UHGV virus genome: UHGV-0204469
Direction: 5' to 3' (one strand)
Source: a virus
Length of the DNA stretch: 35,128 nt
The notes below the pieces were generated by a model. It was not told the DNA's origin. It searched no databases and saw only the letters and a program-made list of their open reading frames with translations. This document shows positions 6,833 to 16,426 of the stretch, piece by piece; within the stretch, counting starts at the first letter, position 1; each line of letters opens with the position of its first letter. A program made the position numbers and the translations under genes.

Positions 6833-7447
6833 ATGGAAATGAAACAGATTCCAGACTATCCTAACTACGCTGTGACTAGAGATGGGAGAGTTTGGTCCTA
6901 TAACGAAAACAAAATGGTAAAGCTTATGAAAAGAAAAGCAGCTGTCCTTGTCGCGCTTTGGTGGGAAAACATCAGATTCGAGAAGATTGTTGCACGATTA
7001 GTATTTGAAGCCTTTCGTGGATATACTCCAGAATGTGTTGTGCATCGAGACGGAGATGTTTATAACAATTCATTAGATAATTTGATAGGAATGACACGCT
7101 CTGAATTATCAAGAAAAGCTGTTTCAAAAACAAATTCTAAGAGAACTCAACGTGAAATCTGCCGAGTTAATCCAGATACTGGAGAAGTCAGCTTCGTAAA
7201 ATATAAACCCCATAGCACAAAATATAGAGGTGCTTTGAGAGCATGTTACTTAATTCGTGTGACCTATCGTGGGGACTTATATTTCTATCCGGAAAAAAAA
7301 TCTGAGCTAGTAGAAGAAATTAAAGCTCGTATTAAACAAAATAATTATCTTTTGAGTACGGGAATTCCATCACCAGAAATGGTAAAACGCATCAAAAGAT
7401 ATAACCTAAATTACAAGAAATATCTTGAAGTTTTACGAACAATCTAA
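6833..7447 (+). CDS. NUMOD4/HNH homing endonuclease-like protein
   Basis: IPDYPNYAVTRDGRV NUMOD4-like start; VARLV..AF; VHRDGD..NN..DNL HNH_3-like motif. Confidence 0.75.
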   Translation: MEMKQIPDYPNYAVTRDGRVWSYNENKMVKLMKRKAAVLVALWWENIRFEKIVARLVFEAFRGYTPECVVHRDGDVYNNSLDNLIGMTRSELSRKAVSKTNSKRTQREICRVNPDTGEVSFVKYKPHSTKYRGALRACYLIRVTYRGDLYFYPEKKSELVEEIKARIKQNNYLLSTGIPSPEMVKRIKRYNLNYKKYLEVLRTI

Positions 7448-7457
7448 AGGAGAAAAT

Positions 7458-7715
7458 ATGGGATTAGCAAATTTAGTTCTTGATATTCCTAGCAATGTCG
7501 AAATCATTAAAAATTCAATGATGAGATGGTGAAAGGCTAGAGTGTCACGAATGAAATTTTCTGAGATCACTCAAAAGGGAAACGATTTTTCAGGCAATAG
7601 ATGGAAAATTATTGATGAAGACGGAGGACTTTTAGACAATGCACAAGGTTATGGATTTAAATCACCTTACAATGCTCAAAAAGTCATTGATTATATGAAA
7701 GGAAGGAAAAAATAA
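7458..7715 (+). pseudogene. Small gene interrupted by in-frame TGA at 7530
   Basis: Strong RBS AAGGAG+ATG 7458; TGA after 24 codons; same frame stays open to TAA 7713-7715 abutting next gene. Confidence 0.6.
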
Positions 7716-7716
7716 A

Positions 7717-8760
7717 GTGGCATTTAACATTACAAGCGGTCCAACTGCTACCGCTCAAAAAGTAGTTTTGTATGGAGTTGAAGGAATTGGGAAGTCAACC
7801 TTTGCTTCACAGTTTCCATCACCAATCTTCATTGATACAGAGGGGTCAACCTCAAACATGAATGTCAATCGGATGGATAAGCCTACCAGTTGGCAAATGC
7901 TAATTGATGAAGTGAACTATATCAAACAGACTCAAATGTGTGACACTTTGGTTCTTGATACAGCAGACTGGGCGGAAACATTAGCCAATCAAGCTGTTAT
8001 TGCTAGTGATATTAATGCACAGTCTATTGAAGACTTTGGGTATGGTAAAGGCTACACAATGGTCAAAGAGAAGTTTGGAAAATTGCTCAATCTTTTATCT
8101 GAACTGACAGAAGTTGGAATCAATGTCGTTGTTACAGCCCACGCGGATATTAAAAAATTTGAAAAACCGGATGAAATGGGAGCATTTGACCGTTATCAAT
8201 TGAAGCTTTCAAAACAATGTGCTCCCTTGCTTAAAGAATGGGCCGATATGTTACTGTTTGCAAATTATGAAACAACAATTGTTACTGACAGTAAAACCAA
8301 ATCAAAAAAAGCTACTGGTGGTCAACGTGTCATGTTCACTACACATCATCCAGCTTGGGATGCTAAAAATCGTCATGGATTACCAGACAAACTCCCTCTT
8401 GATTTCGGGGCAATTGCTCATATTTTCCAAAATCAAGTGCAACAACCACCAGTACAAAATCAAACGCAACCACCAGTTGAGCAACCTCAACAAGTGGCAG
8501 CAAACACGGTTGAAACACCTCAAGAAAATAAATTTGGACGTGAACCGAATATCATTGATTCAGCAATCCCAAAAGAATTAGCTCAACTGATGTCAGTAAA
8601 TGAGGTAACAGAAGAAGAAATTCGTAGATTGGTAGCAGAAAAAGGCTTTAGACCTTATGAAATGCCAGTCAAAGATTATCCAGACGATTTAATTCAAGGT
8701 GGACTTGTTGCTCAATGGGACAAAATTTTCACAGAAATAAAAGCTAAAAGAGCTTACTAA
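7717..8760 (+). CDS. AAA_24 / Sak4-like ATPase (putative recombinase)
   Basis: YGVEGIGKST Walker A, FIDTEGS, LVLDTAD, GYGKGY, AKNR motifs; Q/P-rich linker. Confidence 0.85.
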   Translation: MAFNITSGPTATAQKVVLYGVEGIGKSTFASQFPSPIFIDTEGSTSNMNVNRMDKPTSWQMLIDEVNYIKQTQMCDTLVLDTADWAETLANQAVIASDINAQSIEDFGYGKGYTMVKEKFGKLLNLLSELTEVGINVVVTAHADIKKFEKPDEMGAFDRYQLKLSKQCAPLLKEWADMLLFANYETTIVTDSKTKSKKATGGQRVMFTTHHPAWDAKNRHGLPDKLPLDFGAIAHIFQNQVQQPPVQNQTQPPVEQPQQVAANTVETPQENKFGREPNIIDSAIPKELAQLMSVNEVTEEEIRRLVAEKGFRPYEMPVKDYPDDLIQGGLVAQWDKIFTEIKAKRAY

Positions 8761-8778
8761 TAAAAGGAGAAATTAAAC

Positions 8779-9357
8779 ATGAACGATGATATGCAAATTT
8801 TAGGTTGGGACGACGAAGTAGAAGAAGGAAGCCCCTTTGTACTCTTGCCAGAAGGTAATTATCCTTTCACAATTACAGGACTTGAAAAAGGTATCTATGA
8901 GAAGCCGGCAAACCGTGAAAGTAAAATCCCAGCCAATTGTCCTAAAGCGACGGTCACATTGGAATTCACAACATCTACTGGTGAAAAATCAACACTGACA
9001 GAAAACTTCTATCTTTATAAGAAAATGCAATGGAAAATCAATCAATTCTTTACATCAATTGGTGCTCCTAAAAATCCAGAAGGTAAGGTAAGAATGAACT
9101 GGGGAACTGTATTAGGCGCTAAAGGTGCGGCAAGTCTTGTTGTTAACGACTATACTGACCGTTCTGGTAATCCAGCTCAAAACAATAGAATCAAAGATTT
9201 TCTTGAACCAACTCAACAAACTGCTGCACCAGGTTATCAAGCCCCACAACAAAATTATCAACAACCACCAGCTCAAACTCAACCACCTCAACAAAATGTG
9301 ACACCATTCCCACAACAAACTGCTGCACCACAAAATGGCGCTGGTTATAATTTCTAA
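8779..9357 (+). CDS. DUF669-like single-stranded DNA-binding protein
   Basis: LLPEG.Y.F.I motif; Q/P-rich disordered tail; position after Sak4-like gene. Confidence 0.75.
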   Translation: MNDDMQILGWDDEVEEGSPFVLLPEGNYPFTITGLEKGIYEKPANRESKIPANCPKATVTLEFTTSTGEKSTLTENFYLYKKMQWKINQFFTSIGAPKNPEGKVRMNWGTVLGAKGAASLVVNDYTDRSGNPAQNNRIKDFLEPTQQTAAPGYQAPQQNYQQPPAQTQPPQQNVTPFPQQTAAPQNGAGYNF

Positions 9358-9369
9358 GGAGGACAAGGA

Positions 9370-9630
9370 ATGCTTGCAGAAAAAAATCTAACAGGGAAAT
9401 TTAAATTTGAGTTTTCAGAAGCTGTAAAAAGTTTTTCTCAATGGCTGGTGAGTATCGGTCAAGACTTCTCTTATAAAGAGAAAGACTACACTATCACAGC
9501 GAAATTTGAATGTGATGAAGACTATCATAATGCTGAGGCGAAAGCACTTGAATTAGAAGGTAAAGCAAACCCTCAAATGAGCTTTGATTTAGAGGAGGAT
9601 AATAATGGAACTCCGTTCGTATCAGAATGA
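9370..9630 (+). CDS. Hypothetical protein
   Basis: RBS AAGGAGG; in operon. Confidence 0.7.
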   Translation: MLAEKNLTGKFKFEFSEAVKSFSQWLVSIGQDFSYKEKDYTITAKFECDEDYHNAEAKALELEGKANPQMSFDLEEDNNGTPFVSE

Positions 9631-11200
9631 AGCGAATGACCGAATCCAAGAAGAATGGGCGAGTGGTGTCAAGAAGACGCTGCTCGTTCTTCCTACCGGA
9701 TTGGGTAAAACTGTGACATTCTCAGATTTAACAAAACAATTAGTAAGCAAAGGTGAGCGGGTTTTAATTATGGCTCACCGTGGCGAATTGCTTGACCAAG
9801 CTGCAGATAAACTTTTCAAAGTAACAGGATTGAAAGCTGCAGTTGAAAAAGCGGACCAAACCGCAAAGAATTCATTTTATAGCGTGACAGTCGGAAGTGT
9901 TCAAACTTTAATGAGGGAGAAAAGACTACAAGATTTCCCACAAGATTATTACGACACAATCATTGTCGATGAAGCACATCACATTTTGGCCAGTAGTTAT
10001 CAGAAAGTTCTTGAATACTTTAGTGAAGCTAAAGTTTTAGGAGTAACCGCAACTGCTGACAGAACAGACAAGAAAAATCTAGGTGAGTTCTTTGAATCGT
10101 TGGCTTATGAATACACCTTGCCTGATGCGATAAAAAATAAATACTTGTCACCAATGAAGGCAATGACTATTCCATTAAAAATTGATTTATCTGGTGTTTC
10201 AATGTCAGCCGGAGACTTTAAAGCAAGTGAAGTCGGAAGTGCATTAGACCCTTATCTTTATCAAATAGCAGATGAAATGGTCAAGAATTGCTCAAATAGA
10301 AAAACAGTTGTCTTTTTGCCACTTGTGGCAACGTCTAAAAAGTTTCGGGATATTCTCAATCAAAAAGGATTTAGAGCTGCAGAAGTCAATGGTGAATCCA
10401 AAGACCGGGCAGAAATTTTAGAAGACTTTGACAACGGAAAATATAACGTATTGTGCAATTCAATGTTACTGACAGAAGGTTGGGACTCACCAGAAGTGGA
10501 TTGTGTCATTATGCTAAGACCAACAAAATCACGTCCGCTTTATGTTCAATGTATCGGCCGTGGCTTGCGTTTGGCAGAAGGCAAAGAAGATTGTTTAATT
10601 TTGGATTTCCTTTGGCACACAGAACGTCATGAGCTAGTTCATCCAGCGCACTTGATTGCTAAAGATGATGAAATTGCCAAAAAGATGACGGAAAAAATGG
10701 CTGAGGTTGAAGAAGATGATCAGTTACAACTCTTTGATTTAGAAGAAGTGGCAAAGGAAGCTGAAAGTGAAGTGGTCCAAGACCGAGAAAACTCACTGGC
10801 AGAAAAACTAGCAACGATGAAAAAACGGAAACGTAAACTTGTGGACCCTCTACAATTTGAACTTTCTATTCAATCAGAAGACCTGATAAACTATGCTCCC
10901 TCTTTTGGATGGGAAATGGCACCAGCTTCTGATAAACAAATTGCAGCACTTGAAAAATTTGGTATCTTTCCAGAAGAAATCGAAAACTCTGGGAAAGCTA
11001 AAGTGTTACTTGATAAATTAAATAAGCGGAAAATGTCAGGATTAACTACACCTAAACAAATTAGATTCTTAGAAAGTCGTGGTTTTCAACATGTTGGAAC
11101 TTGGGAATTTAATAAGGCAAGAGGTCTAATTGACCGAATTGCTGGAAATGGTTGGAGAATTCCAGCAGATATTAATCCGAAAGAATATAAAGGAGTTTAA
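9605..11200 (+). CDS. SF2 DEAD/DEAH-box helicase
   Basis: LPTGLGKT, DEAHH, TAT, LTEGWD, QCIGRGLR motifs. Confidence 0.95.
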   Translation: MELRSYQNEANDRIQEEWASGVKKTLLVLPTGLGKTVTFSDLTKQLVSKGERVLIMAHRGELLDQAADKLFKVTGLKAAVEKADQTAKNSFYSVTVGSVQTLMREKRLQDFPQDYYDTIIVDEAHHILASSYQKVLEYFSEAKVLGVTATADRTDKKNLGEFFESLAYEYTLPDAIKNKYLSPMKAMTIPLKIDLSGVSMSAGDFKASEVGSALDPYLYQIADEMVKNCSNRKTVVFLPLVATSKKFRDILNQKGFRAAEVNGESKDRAEILEDFDNGKYNVLCNSMLLTEGWDSPEVDCVIMLRPTKSRPLYVQCIGRGLRLAEGKEDCLILDFLWHTERHELVHPAHLIAKDDEIAKKMTEKMAEVEEDDQLQLFDLEEVAKEAESEVVQDRENSLAEKLATMKKRKRKLVDPLQFELSIQSEDLINYAPSFGWEMAPASDKQIAALEKFGIFPEEIENSGKAKVLLDKLNKRKMSGLTTPKQIRFLESRGFQHVGTWEFNKARGLIDRIAGNGWRIPADINPKEYKGV

Positions 11201-11202
11201 GC

Positions 11203-13506
11203 TTGGAAGAAAAATTTGATTTAGTGCCACTCCTTGAATATATCTCACCATCATCACTTGATTATCTGGACTGGGTATCAGTTGGAATGGCTTTGAAATT
11301 CGAGGGCTATACCTTTGATGTATGGGACAGTTGGTCACAATCTGACAGTAGATATAATGCACGAGAAATGGAATCAAAGTGGGATTCACTTGGCCATAAC
11401 GGAGCTACACCAGTTACTGGTGCATTTATCACCATGAAAGCAAAAGAAAATGGTTGGTCTTCAAATTCTTACAAAGGGAATGATGGGAACGAGTTCTTAG
11501 GCTGGGATGATGAGGTGAGCGCAGCACGAGATTATAAGTTTATTGATAAATCTTGGGTTGAAGGTCAAGAAATCAGAGAACCTGATGATAATTGGAAACC
11601 TGTAGAGCAGCTTAAAACTTATATCCAAACACTTTTTAAAAATGATGATTACATTGGCTATGTCATGAAATCTTGGCTGCGTGATGACGGAAAATATTCT
11701 GTCAGTGGCGCAGGCAACTATACTAGAACCGCAGAGGAATTACTCAATGAACTAGAAAAGTATAAAGATGAAAAAGACTTGAGTTATATTGTGGGAGATT
11801 CTGACCCACTCGGTGGCGCTTGGATTCGTTTCAATCCTCTTGATGGTAAAGGGGTAAAAAATGAAAATGTTACTGAGTTTAAATATGCATTAGTTGAATC
11901 GGACAATTTAGGACTTGAAAAGCAAAATGCAATCATGCGTGAATTAGAATTGCCAATTGCTGCGCTTGTCTATTCTGGTGGGAAATCAGTTCATGCCATT
12001 GTAAAAGTCGATGCGAAAGACAAAAATGAATACCGTGACCGGGTTGAATACCTTTATAAAATTTGTAATAAGAACGGTCTTGAAGTTGATGGTCAAAATA
12101 AAAATCCGTCACGTTTATCCAGAATGCCTGGTGTAATTCGTGGAGAGCACAAGCAATTTCTTATTGATACAAATATCGGTAAAGCGAACTGGGAAGAATG
12201 GCAAACCTACATTGAAGATTTGAATGATGACTTGCCGGAGTTTGAAAGTCTTGCAGATATGTTTGAAGAAGACCCGCAACTTGCCCCAGTTTTGATTGAT
12301 GGAGTCTTGCGCAGAGGTCATAAAATGCTTATTGCTGGCCCATCAAAAGCCGGAAAATCATTTGCATTGATGGAGATGTGTATTGCGATTGCAGAGGGGA
12401 TTTCTTGGTTTGGCTTTAATTGTGAACGTGGAAAAGTCCTCTACATCAATATGGAACTTGACCGCCCCTCAGCTTATAAACGGTTCAAAGACATTTACCA
12501 AGGAATGAATGTTCCACCAAATCATTTAAAGAATATTAGTATTTGGAATATGCGTGGTCATTCTATTCCAATGGATAAACTGACACCGAAACTGATCAGA
12601 CGTGCTCAAAAAGAAAAATTTGATGCTGTGATTATTGACCCAATCTATAAAGTACTGACAGGTTCTGAAAATGATGCTGAACAAATGGCCAAGTTTACAA
12701 ATAACTTTGATAAAGTAGCCGCAGAACTCGGGACTTCTGTTATTTACTGTCACCACCACTCAAAAGGAGCGCAGGGCGGTAAATCTTCTATGGACCGAAG
12801 TTCTGGTTCTGGAGTATTTGCCCGAGACCCTGATGCAATTCTTGACCTGATTGAGCTTGAAGTTACTGACAGTTTGAGAAAACAACAAGATGCCAGGGCA
12901 GTTGCCAACTTCTATGCAGCTAAAATCAGAGATGAAAAACCAGAATATCTTAATGAAATTGGCCAAGATGATTTTCTATCAGCGCCTGAAATGCGAAAAC
13001 ATTTGGCTTTAGCATTTGGGGATGAACGTGCCAGAGAAATTGCCGGCTTTGAATTGGAACAAGTTCAACGAGTTGTGAAATTGATGACTGCTTGGCGACT
13101 TGAAGGAACACTTCGGGAGTTTCCAAAGTTTGAACCAGTCAATCTGTGGTTCAATTATCCACTACATTATTCCGATGATTCTGGAGTTCTGAAAGACCTT
13201 GAACCAGTTGGAAGTGAGCCAGCATTTAAACGTGGTGCAAAAAAAGGAAGTGAGAAAAATGCTTCTGAGGATAAGAAAAAAGAGCGTTTAGAAGCACGTA
13301 AAGATAAAATCAATCTTGCATTTGATTTCCTAATTGGTGACAGAGAAGGCATACCGATTGGAGAATTAGCAAAAGGAATTGAAGGACAGCCAACAGCCGA
13401 AACTGTGAAGAATTGGTTAAAACAATTACCTGATGATTACGTAAAAGACAAAGAGGGGTTAGTGTCTAGGGTGCAAAAAGCCAAAGATGAACCAGACAAT
13501 TTGTAG
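11203..13506 (+). CDS. Primase/helicase (PriCT-2-like, primase-like and AAA_25/RepA-like helicase domains)
   Basis: WVSVGMALK...WD.WS; YSGGKSVHA, NPSRLSRMPG; AGPSKAGKS, IIDP, HHHSKG; TTG start with RBS AAGGAG. Confidence 0.88.
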   Translation: MEEKFDLVPLLEYISPSSLDYLDWVSVGMALKFEGYTFDVWDSWSQSDSRYNAREMESKWDSLGHNGATPVTGAFITMKAKENGWSSNSYKGNDGNEFLGWDDEVSAARDYKFIDKSWVEGQEIREPDDNWKPVEQLKTYIQTLFKNDDYIGYVMKSWLRDDGKYSVSGAGNYTRTAEELLNELEKYKDEKDLSYIVGDSDPLGGAWIRFNPLDGKGVKNENVTEFKYALVESDNLGLEKQNAIMRELELPIAALVYSGGKSVHAIVKVDAKDKNEYRDRVEYLYKICNKNGLEVDGQNKNPSRLSRMPGVIRGEHKQFLIDTNIGKANWEEWQTYIEDLNDDLPEFESLADMFEEDPQLAPVLIDGVLRRGHKMLIAGPSKAGKSFALMEMCIAIAEGISWFGFNCERGKVLYINMELDRPSAYKRFKDIYQGMNVPPNHLKNISIWNMRGHSIPMDKLTPKLIRRAQKEKFDAVIIDPIYKVLTGSENDAEQMAKFTNNFDKVAAELGTSVIYCHHHSKGAQGGKSSMDRSSGSGVFARDPDAILDLIELEVTDSLRKQQDARAVANFYAAKIRDEKPEYLNEIGQDDFLSAPEMRKHLALAFGDERAREIAGFELEQVQRVVKLMTAWRLEGTLREFPKFEPVNLWFNYPLHYSDDSGVLKDLEPVGSEPAFKRGAKKGSEKNASEDKKKERLEARKDKINLAFDFLIGDREGIPIGELAKGIEGQPTAETVKNWLKQLPDDYVKDKEGLVSRVQKAKDEPDNL

Positions 13507-13664
13507 GGGTACAAAGATACAAAATCCCCTAAAAGTTATTAGGCAAAATGGTACAAAAAGCCTGTAAATTTTTAGACATTTTGGGGTACAAAAAAAGGGT
13601 ACAAAAAGCCCTCTATGTAAACATAAACAAGTGTACAAAGGGGTGGAATTAATTCATCCACCCC
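13469..13664. repeat. Putative replication origin (GTACAAA iterons + hairpin)
   Basis: GTACAAA at 13509, 13551, 13586, 13599, 13633 plus variants; GGGGTGGA/TCCACCCC inverted repeat 13640-13664; non-coding gap after primase. Confidence 0.7.
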
Positions 13665-13738
13665 GTTTGCACCTCAAGTATATGTTTCCTGAAAAAGAAA
13701 AAAGATAGGCGCTGAATGTTACAGAAAGAAGGATAAAA

Positions 13739-13930
13739 ATGTTAAAAGCTAAAATTGAATTTATTTCACCTCGAGGAGATGATTTAAAAGAAAGTGATGA
13801 ATTAAATCGTATTTTAGAATGTATGCAAAAAAATGGATGTGAAATCATTGATGTAAAACCATATCAAGAAATTGTTGCTGAGGGTTATAATTTCTTAATC
13901 ATTTATAAGGACAAATCAGATGGACTATGA
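13739..13930 (+). CDS. Hypothetical protein
   Basis: RBS AAGGA; overlaps next gene. Confidence 0.7.
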   Translation: MLKAKIEFISPRGDDLKESDELNRILECMQKNGCEIIDVKPYQEIVAEGYNFLIIYKDKSDGL

Positions 13931-14141
13931 AAAATTTTTCAACGATATTAAAAATTGGATTTTAGAGTGCAACTCACAGGCGATAAAATTAGGTTTCGGA
14001 AATGATGATTTTTGGAACTGGGTTGTAAATTCACTTGGAGAGTTGAGCACAAAATATAATTCACAACCGCTGGTCATGAAGCAGACGAACATGTTACTTG
14101 ACTGGCTAGAAGATACCTGGGAAGAGGTGAAAAATGGATAA
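13920..14141 (+). CDS. Hypothetical protein
   Basis: RBS AAGGA; operon coupling. Confidence 0.7.
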   Translation: MDYEKFFNDIKNWILECNSQAIKLGFGNDDFWNWVVNSLGELSTKYNSQPLVMKQTNMLLDWLEDTWEEVKNG

Positions 14142-14286
14142 AAAAATTAATGTAACATGCGAAAAATGCAAAGAGAGTTTCATATTTACATCTGAAAGTT
14201 CATTCGTTGATAAGGTTTTAGATGAAGGACATTATATTTGCTTCACTTGTGAAGATGAAAAAAGTGAGGACATGAAAAATGACTAA
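14134..14286 (+). CDS. Small zinc-finger protein (50 aa, not in ORF track)
   Basis: RBS GAGGTG; MDKKINVTCEKC...ICFTCED; overlaps both neighbours. Confidence 0.7.
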   Translation: MDKKINVTCEKCKESFIFTSESSFVDKVLDEGHYICFTCEDEKSEDMKND

Positions 14287-14980
14287 GTTTGAAGAAGAAT
14301 TTAAAGCATTAACTAGTTGGGACTGGATAAATGTTAATTTAATTCAGCAGATATTAACAAGGTTCGGTAACTGGCACTCAGACGAAGAGTTTCAGGAATA
14401 TGTTGTAGCAAATAAAAATCTTATTGATGTAAACACAAAGCTAGCAGAAGAAATCGCTAATTTAAAATCCCAACTCCAACAGCAAGCCCTGCCAGTCGTG
14501 CCTGAGTTTGTTGCAGAGTGGATTGAATGTGTAAAAGGAAAAAATAATAATGCGTTAGCTTTACTAGATGATGATAATATGCCAGACGATGTGAATGAGT
14601 GGCTTTTCTTTCAAAGAAATGATGACAATATCAACTTGATTCTTCGTGCATGGCTAGACGGCTACACAGTCGAAAAACCGCAGCAAAAGCACTATGAAGT
14701 TAAATTATTAAGTGGCGAATCAATGCACTTTAATCCGATTGGGAATCCCAAAAATATAAAAGATTATCGTTTTTCTTTTGGAAATTACGCAGGATGGAAA
14801 ATTCAATTTACCAAATCAGAACTTTCTGAAATCAAAGACGGTACGTTTCTGAAAAAAATACCTGGTGGAACGCCACTCGATGACTTAGGAAAAGATAATA
14901 GTTACTATGTTTGGCTTGATGACTGCAACTATTGGATTAACCCGCTCATTGAGCTTATGCCTGTGGAGGACGGAGAATGA
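14279..14980 (+). CDS. DUF1642-like phage protein
   Basis: PVVPEFVAEWIE...AWLDGYTVEK and QFTKSE motifs. Confidence 0.75.
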   Translation: MTKFEEEFKALTSWDWINVNLIQQILTRFGNWHSDEEFQEYVVANKNLIDVNTKLAEEIANLKSQLQQQALPVVPEFVAEWIECVKGKNNNALALLDDDNMPDDVNEWLFFQRNDDNINLILRAWLDGYTVEKPQQKHYEVKLLSGESMHFNPIGNPKNIKDYRFSFGNYAGWKIQFTKSELSEIKDGTFLKKIPGGTPLDDLGKDNSYYVWLDDCNYWINPLIELMPVEDGE

Positions 14981-15597
14981 GCCACAAATACGGAGCTAAA
15001 AAAGTAACGGTTGATGAAGTTTGGAAAGATATTTTAGGATATGAAGGAATTTATCAAGTTTCTAATTTAGGAAATATTAAAAGTTTATCTCGAGAAGTAG
15101 CTATGCCAAATGGTGGTGTTCGACTCATTAAAGAATTGATAAAAGTACCCTCAACTGATAATGATGGATATTATCATGTTGGATTATCACAAAATGGAAA
15201 AATGAAAACATTTACTATTCATAGATTAGTGGCACTGCATTTTCTTGAAATAAATCCCTCTAAAAATATCGTCAATCATATCGATGAAGACAAGAACAAT
15301 AACAAGGCTGAAAATTTAGAATGGGTTACTCATACGGAAAACATGAATCATGGAACCATTGCTAAGAGAAAATCTGAAAGTATTTCGTCGGTTAAAACAA
15401 TAAAGAATAAGGCTAATTCTAATAATAAATTGGGAGTAAGTAATATATCTAAGGTTAAAAATTCCGCTGGAGTTCTCTACTATCTTTTTAGTAAATCAAT
15501 CAAAGGAAGCAAGACTAAGAGATATTTCAGAACATTTGAGCAGGCGCTAGACTTTAAAAAGGAGTTTTATGCAAAACTACAAAAAGAGCAAATATAA
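14977..15597 (+). CDS. NUMOD4-HNH homing endonuclease with DUF1064-derived N-terminus
   Basis: EVWKDILGYEGIYQVSNLG (NUMOD4); HRLVA..F; VNHIDEDK.NN...NLEWVT..EN..H. Confidence 0.9.
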   Translation: MSHKYGAKKVTVDEVWKDILGYEGIYQVSNLGNIKSLSREVAMPNGGVRLIKELIKVPSTDNDGYYHVGLSQNGKMKTFTIHRLVALHFLEINPSKNIVNHIDEDKNNNKAENLEWVTHTENMNHGTIAKRKSESISSVKTIKNKANSNNKLGVSNISKVKNSAGVLYYLFSKSIKGSKTKRYFRTFEQALDFKKEFYAKLQKEQI

Positions 15598-15937
15598 TGC
15601 TAAAAAAATTGAGAAATATAATAGAGTCTGGGATAGTAAAGCTGAACTATTGTACTATGAATTGATTGAAGATAAATCAAAAGTTAAATGTCAAGAAAAA
15701 TTTGTCTTGCAAGATAAGTTCAGACTCAATGGGAAAGCTTATCGGGAAATTTACTACAAGCCAGATTTCACTTTCTATGATGATGCTGGTAACTTAATCA
15801 AAGTAATTGATGTGAAAGGTATGATTTTACCTGAGTTTAAAATTAAGGCGAAGATGTTCGCTGCTCGTTATGGTTTACCAATCACAATTGCGAAAAAAGT
15901 TGCTCGAAAAGATGAATTTAAAGAAAGTGTGATTTGA
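15569..15937 (+). CDS. DUF1064 family PD-(D/E)xK nuclease
   Basis: SKYNAKK...DSKAE, Y.PDF, IDVKG motifs; RBS AAGGAG. Confidence 0.85.
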   Translation: MQNYKKSKYNAKKIEKYNRVWDSKAELLYYELIEDKSKVKCQEKFVLQDKFRLNGKAYREIYYKPDFTFYDDAGNLIKVIDVKGMILPEFKIKAKMFAARYGLPITIAKKVARKDEFKESVI

Positions 15938-16083
15938 TGGCATGTAAAGAATGTGGGAAAGTTCATCAAGTACCTGTATATTCAACGAATTGTCAGAACT
16001 GCGGTATAGAAGTACCGTTTGAACAAGTAAAAGAAAAAGGTCACGTTGCTTTTTGTAAGTCGTGTATGGAGGTAAGAAAATGA
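15937..16083 (+). CDS. Small Cys-rich protein (48 aa, three CxxC; not in ORF track)
   Basis: TGATG coupling; MACKECG..CQNCG..CKSC. Confidence 0.7.
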   Translation: MACKECGKVHQVPVYSTNCQNCGIEVPFEQVKEKGHVAFCKSCMEVRK

Positions 16084-16220
16084 TATTAGATAAAATTTTA
16101 ATTTTTCTACTTCTTACAAATTTGATTGTAAATGATGTAGTAAATAAAAGATGGACAGTCTGGCTTTGGATATTATGCTTTGTGCTGCAAGTTATCCTAG
16201 TCATTACTAAATTATTGTGA
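16080..16220 (+). CDS. Small membrane protein (46 aa; not in ORF track)
   Basis: RBS GGAGGT; ATGA overlap; two hydrophobic stretches. Confidence 0.65.
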   Translation: MILDKILIFLLLTNLIVNDVVNKRWTVWLWILCFVLQVILVITKLL

Positions 16221-16228
16221 GGTTAAAA

Positions 16229-16426
16229 ATGAAATTCAATAATCCAGTAAAAAAAGAGATCATTATAAATAATGCTCCTTGTGGTTTTTCAAAAGTAAAA
16301 CACAAAAAACCTACTAAAAAAATAGTTTCTCAACCGCTGACTCTTGAAGATTTTAAACTGATGGGGGAAGGTGCGGGAAATGCAGCAAAAGCTTTCATTG
16401 AAGGATTCAAGGAGGGAATTAAGTGA
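16229..16426 (+). CDS. Hypothetical protein
   Basis: RBS GAGGT before ATG 16229 (alternative GTG 16217). Confidence 0.65.
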   Translation: MKFNNPVKKEIIINNAPCGFSKVKHKKPTKKIVSQPLTLEDFKLMGEGAGNAAKAFIEGFKEGIK

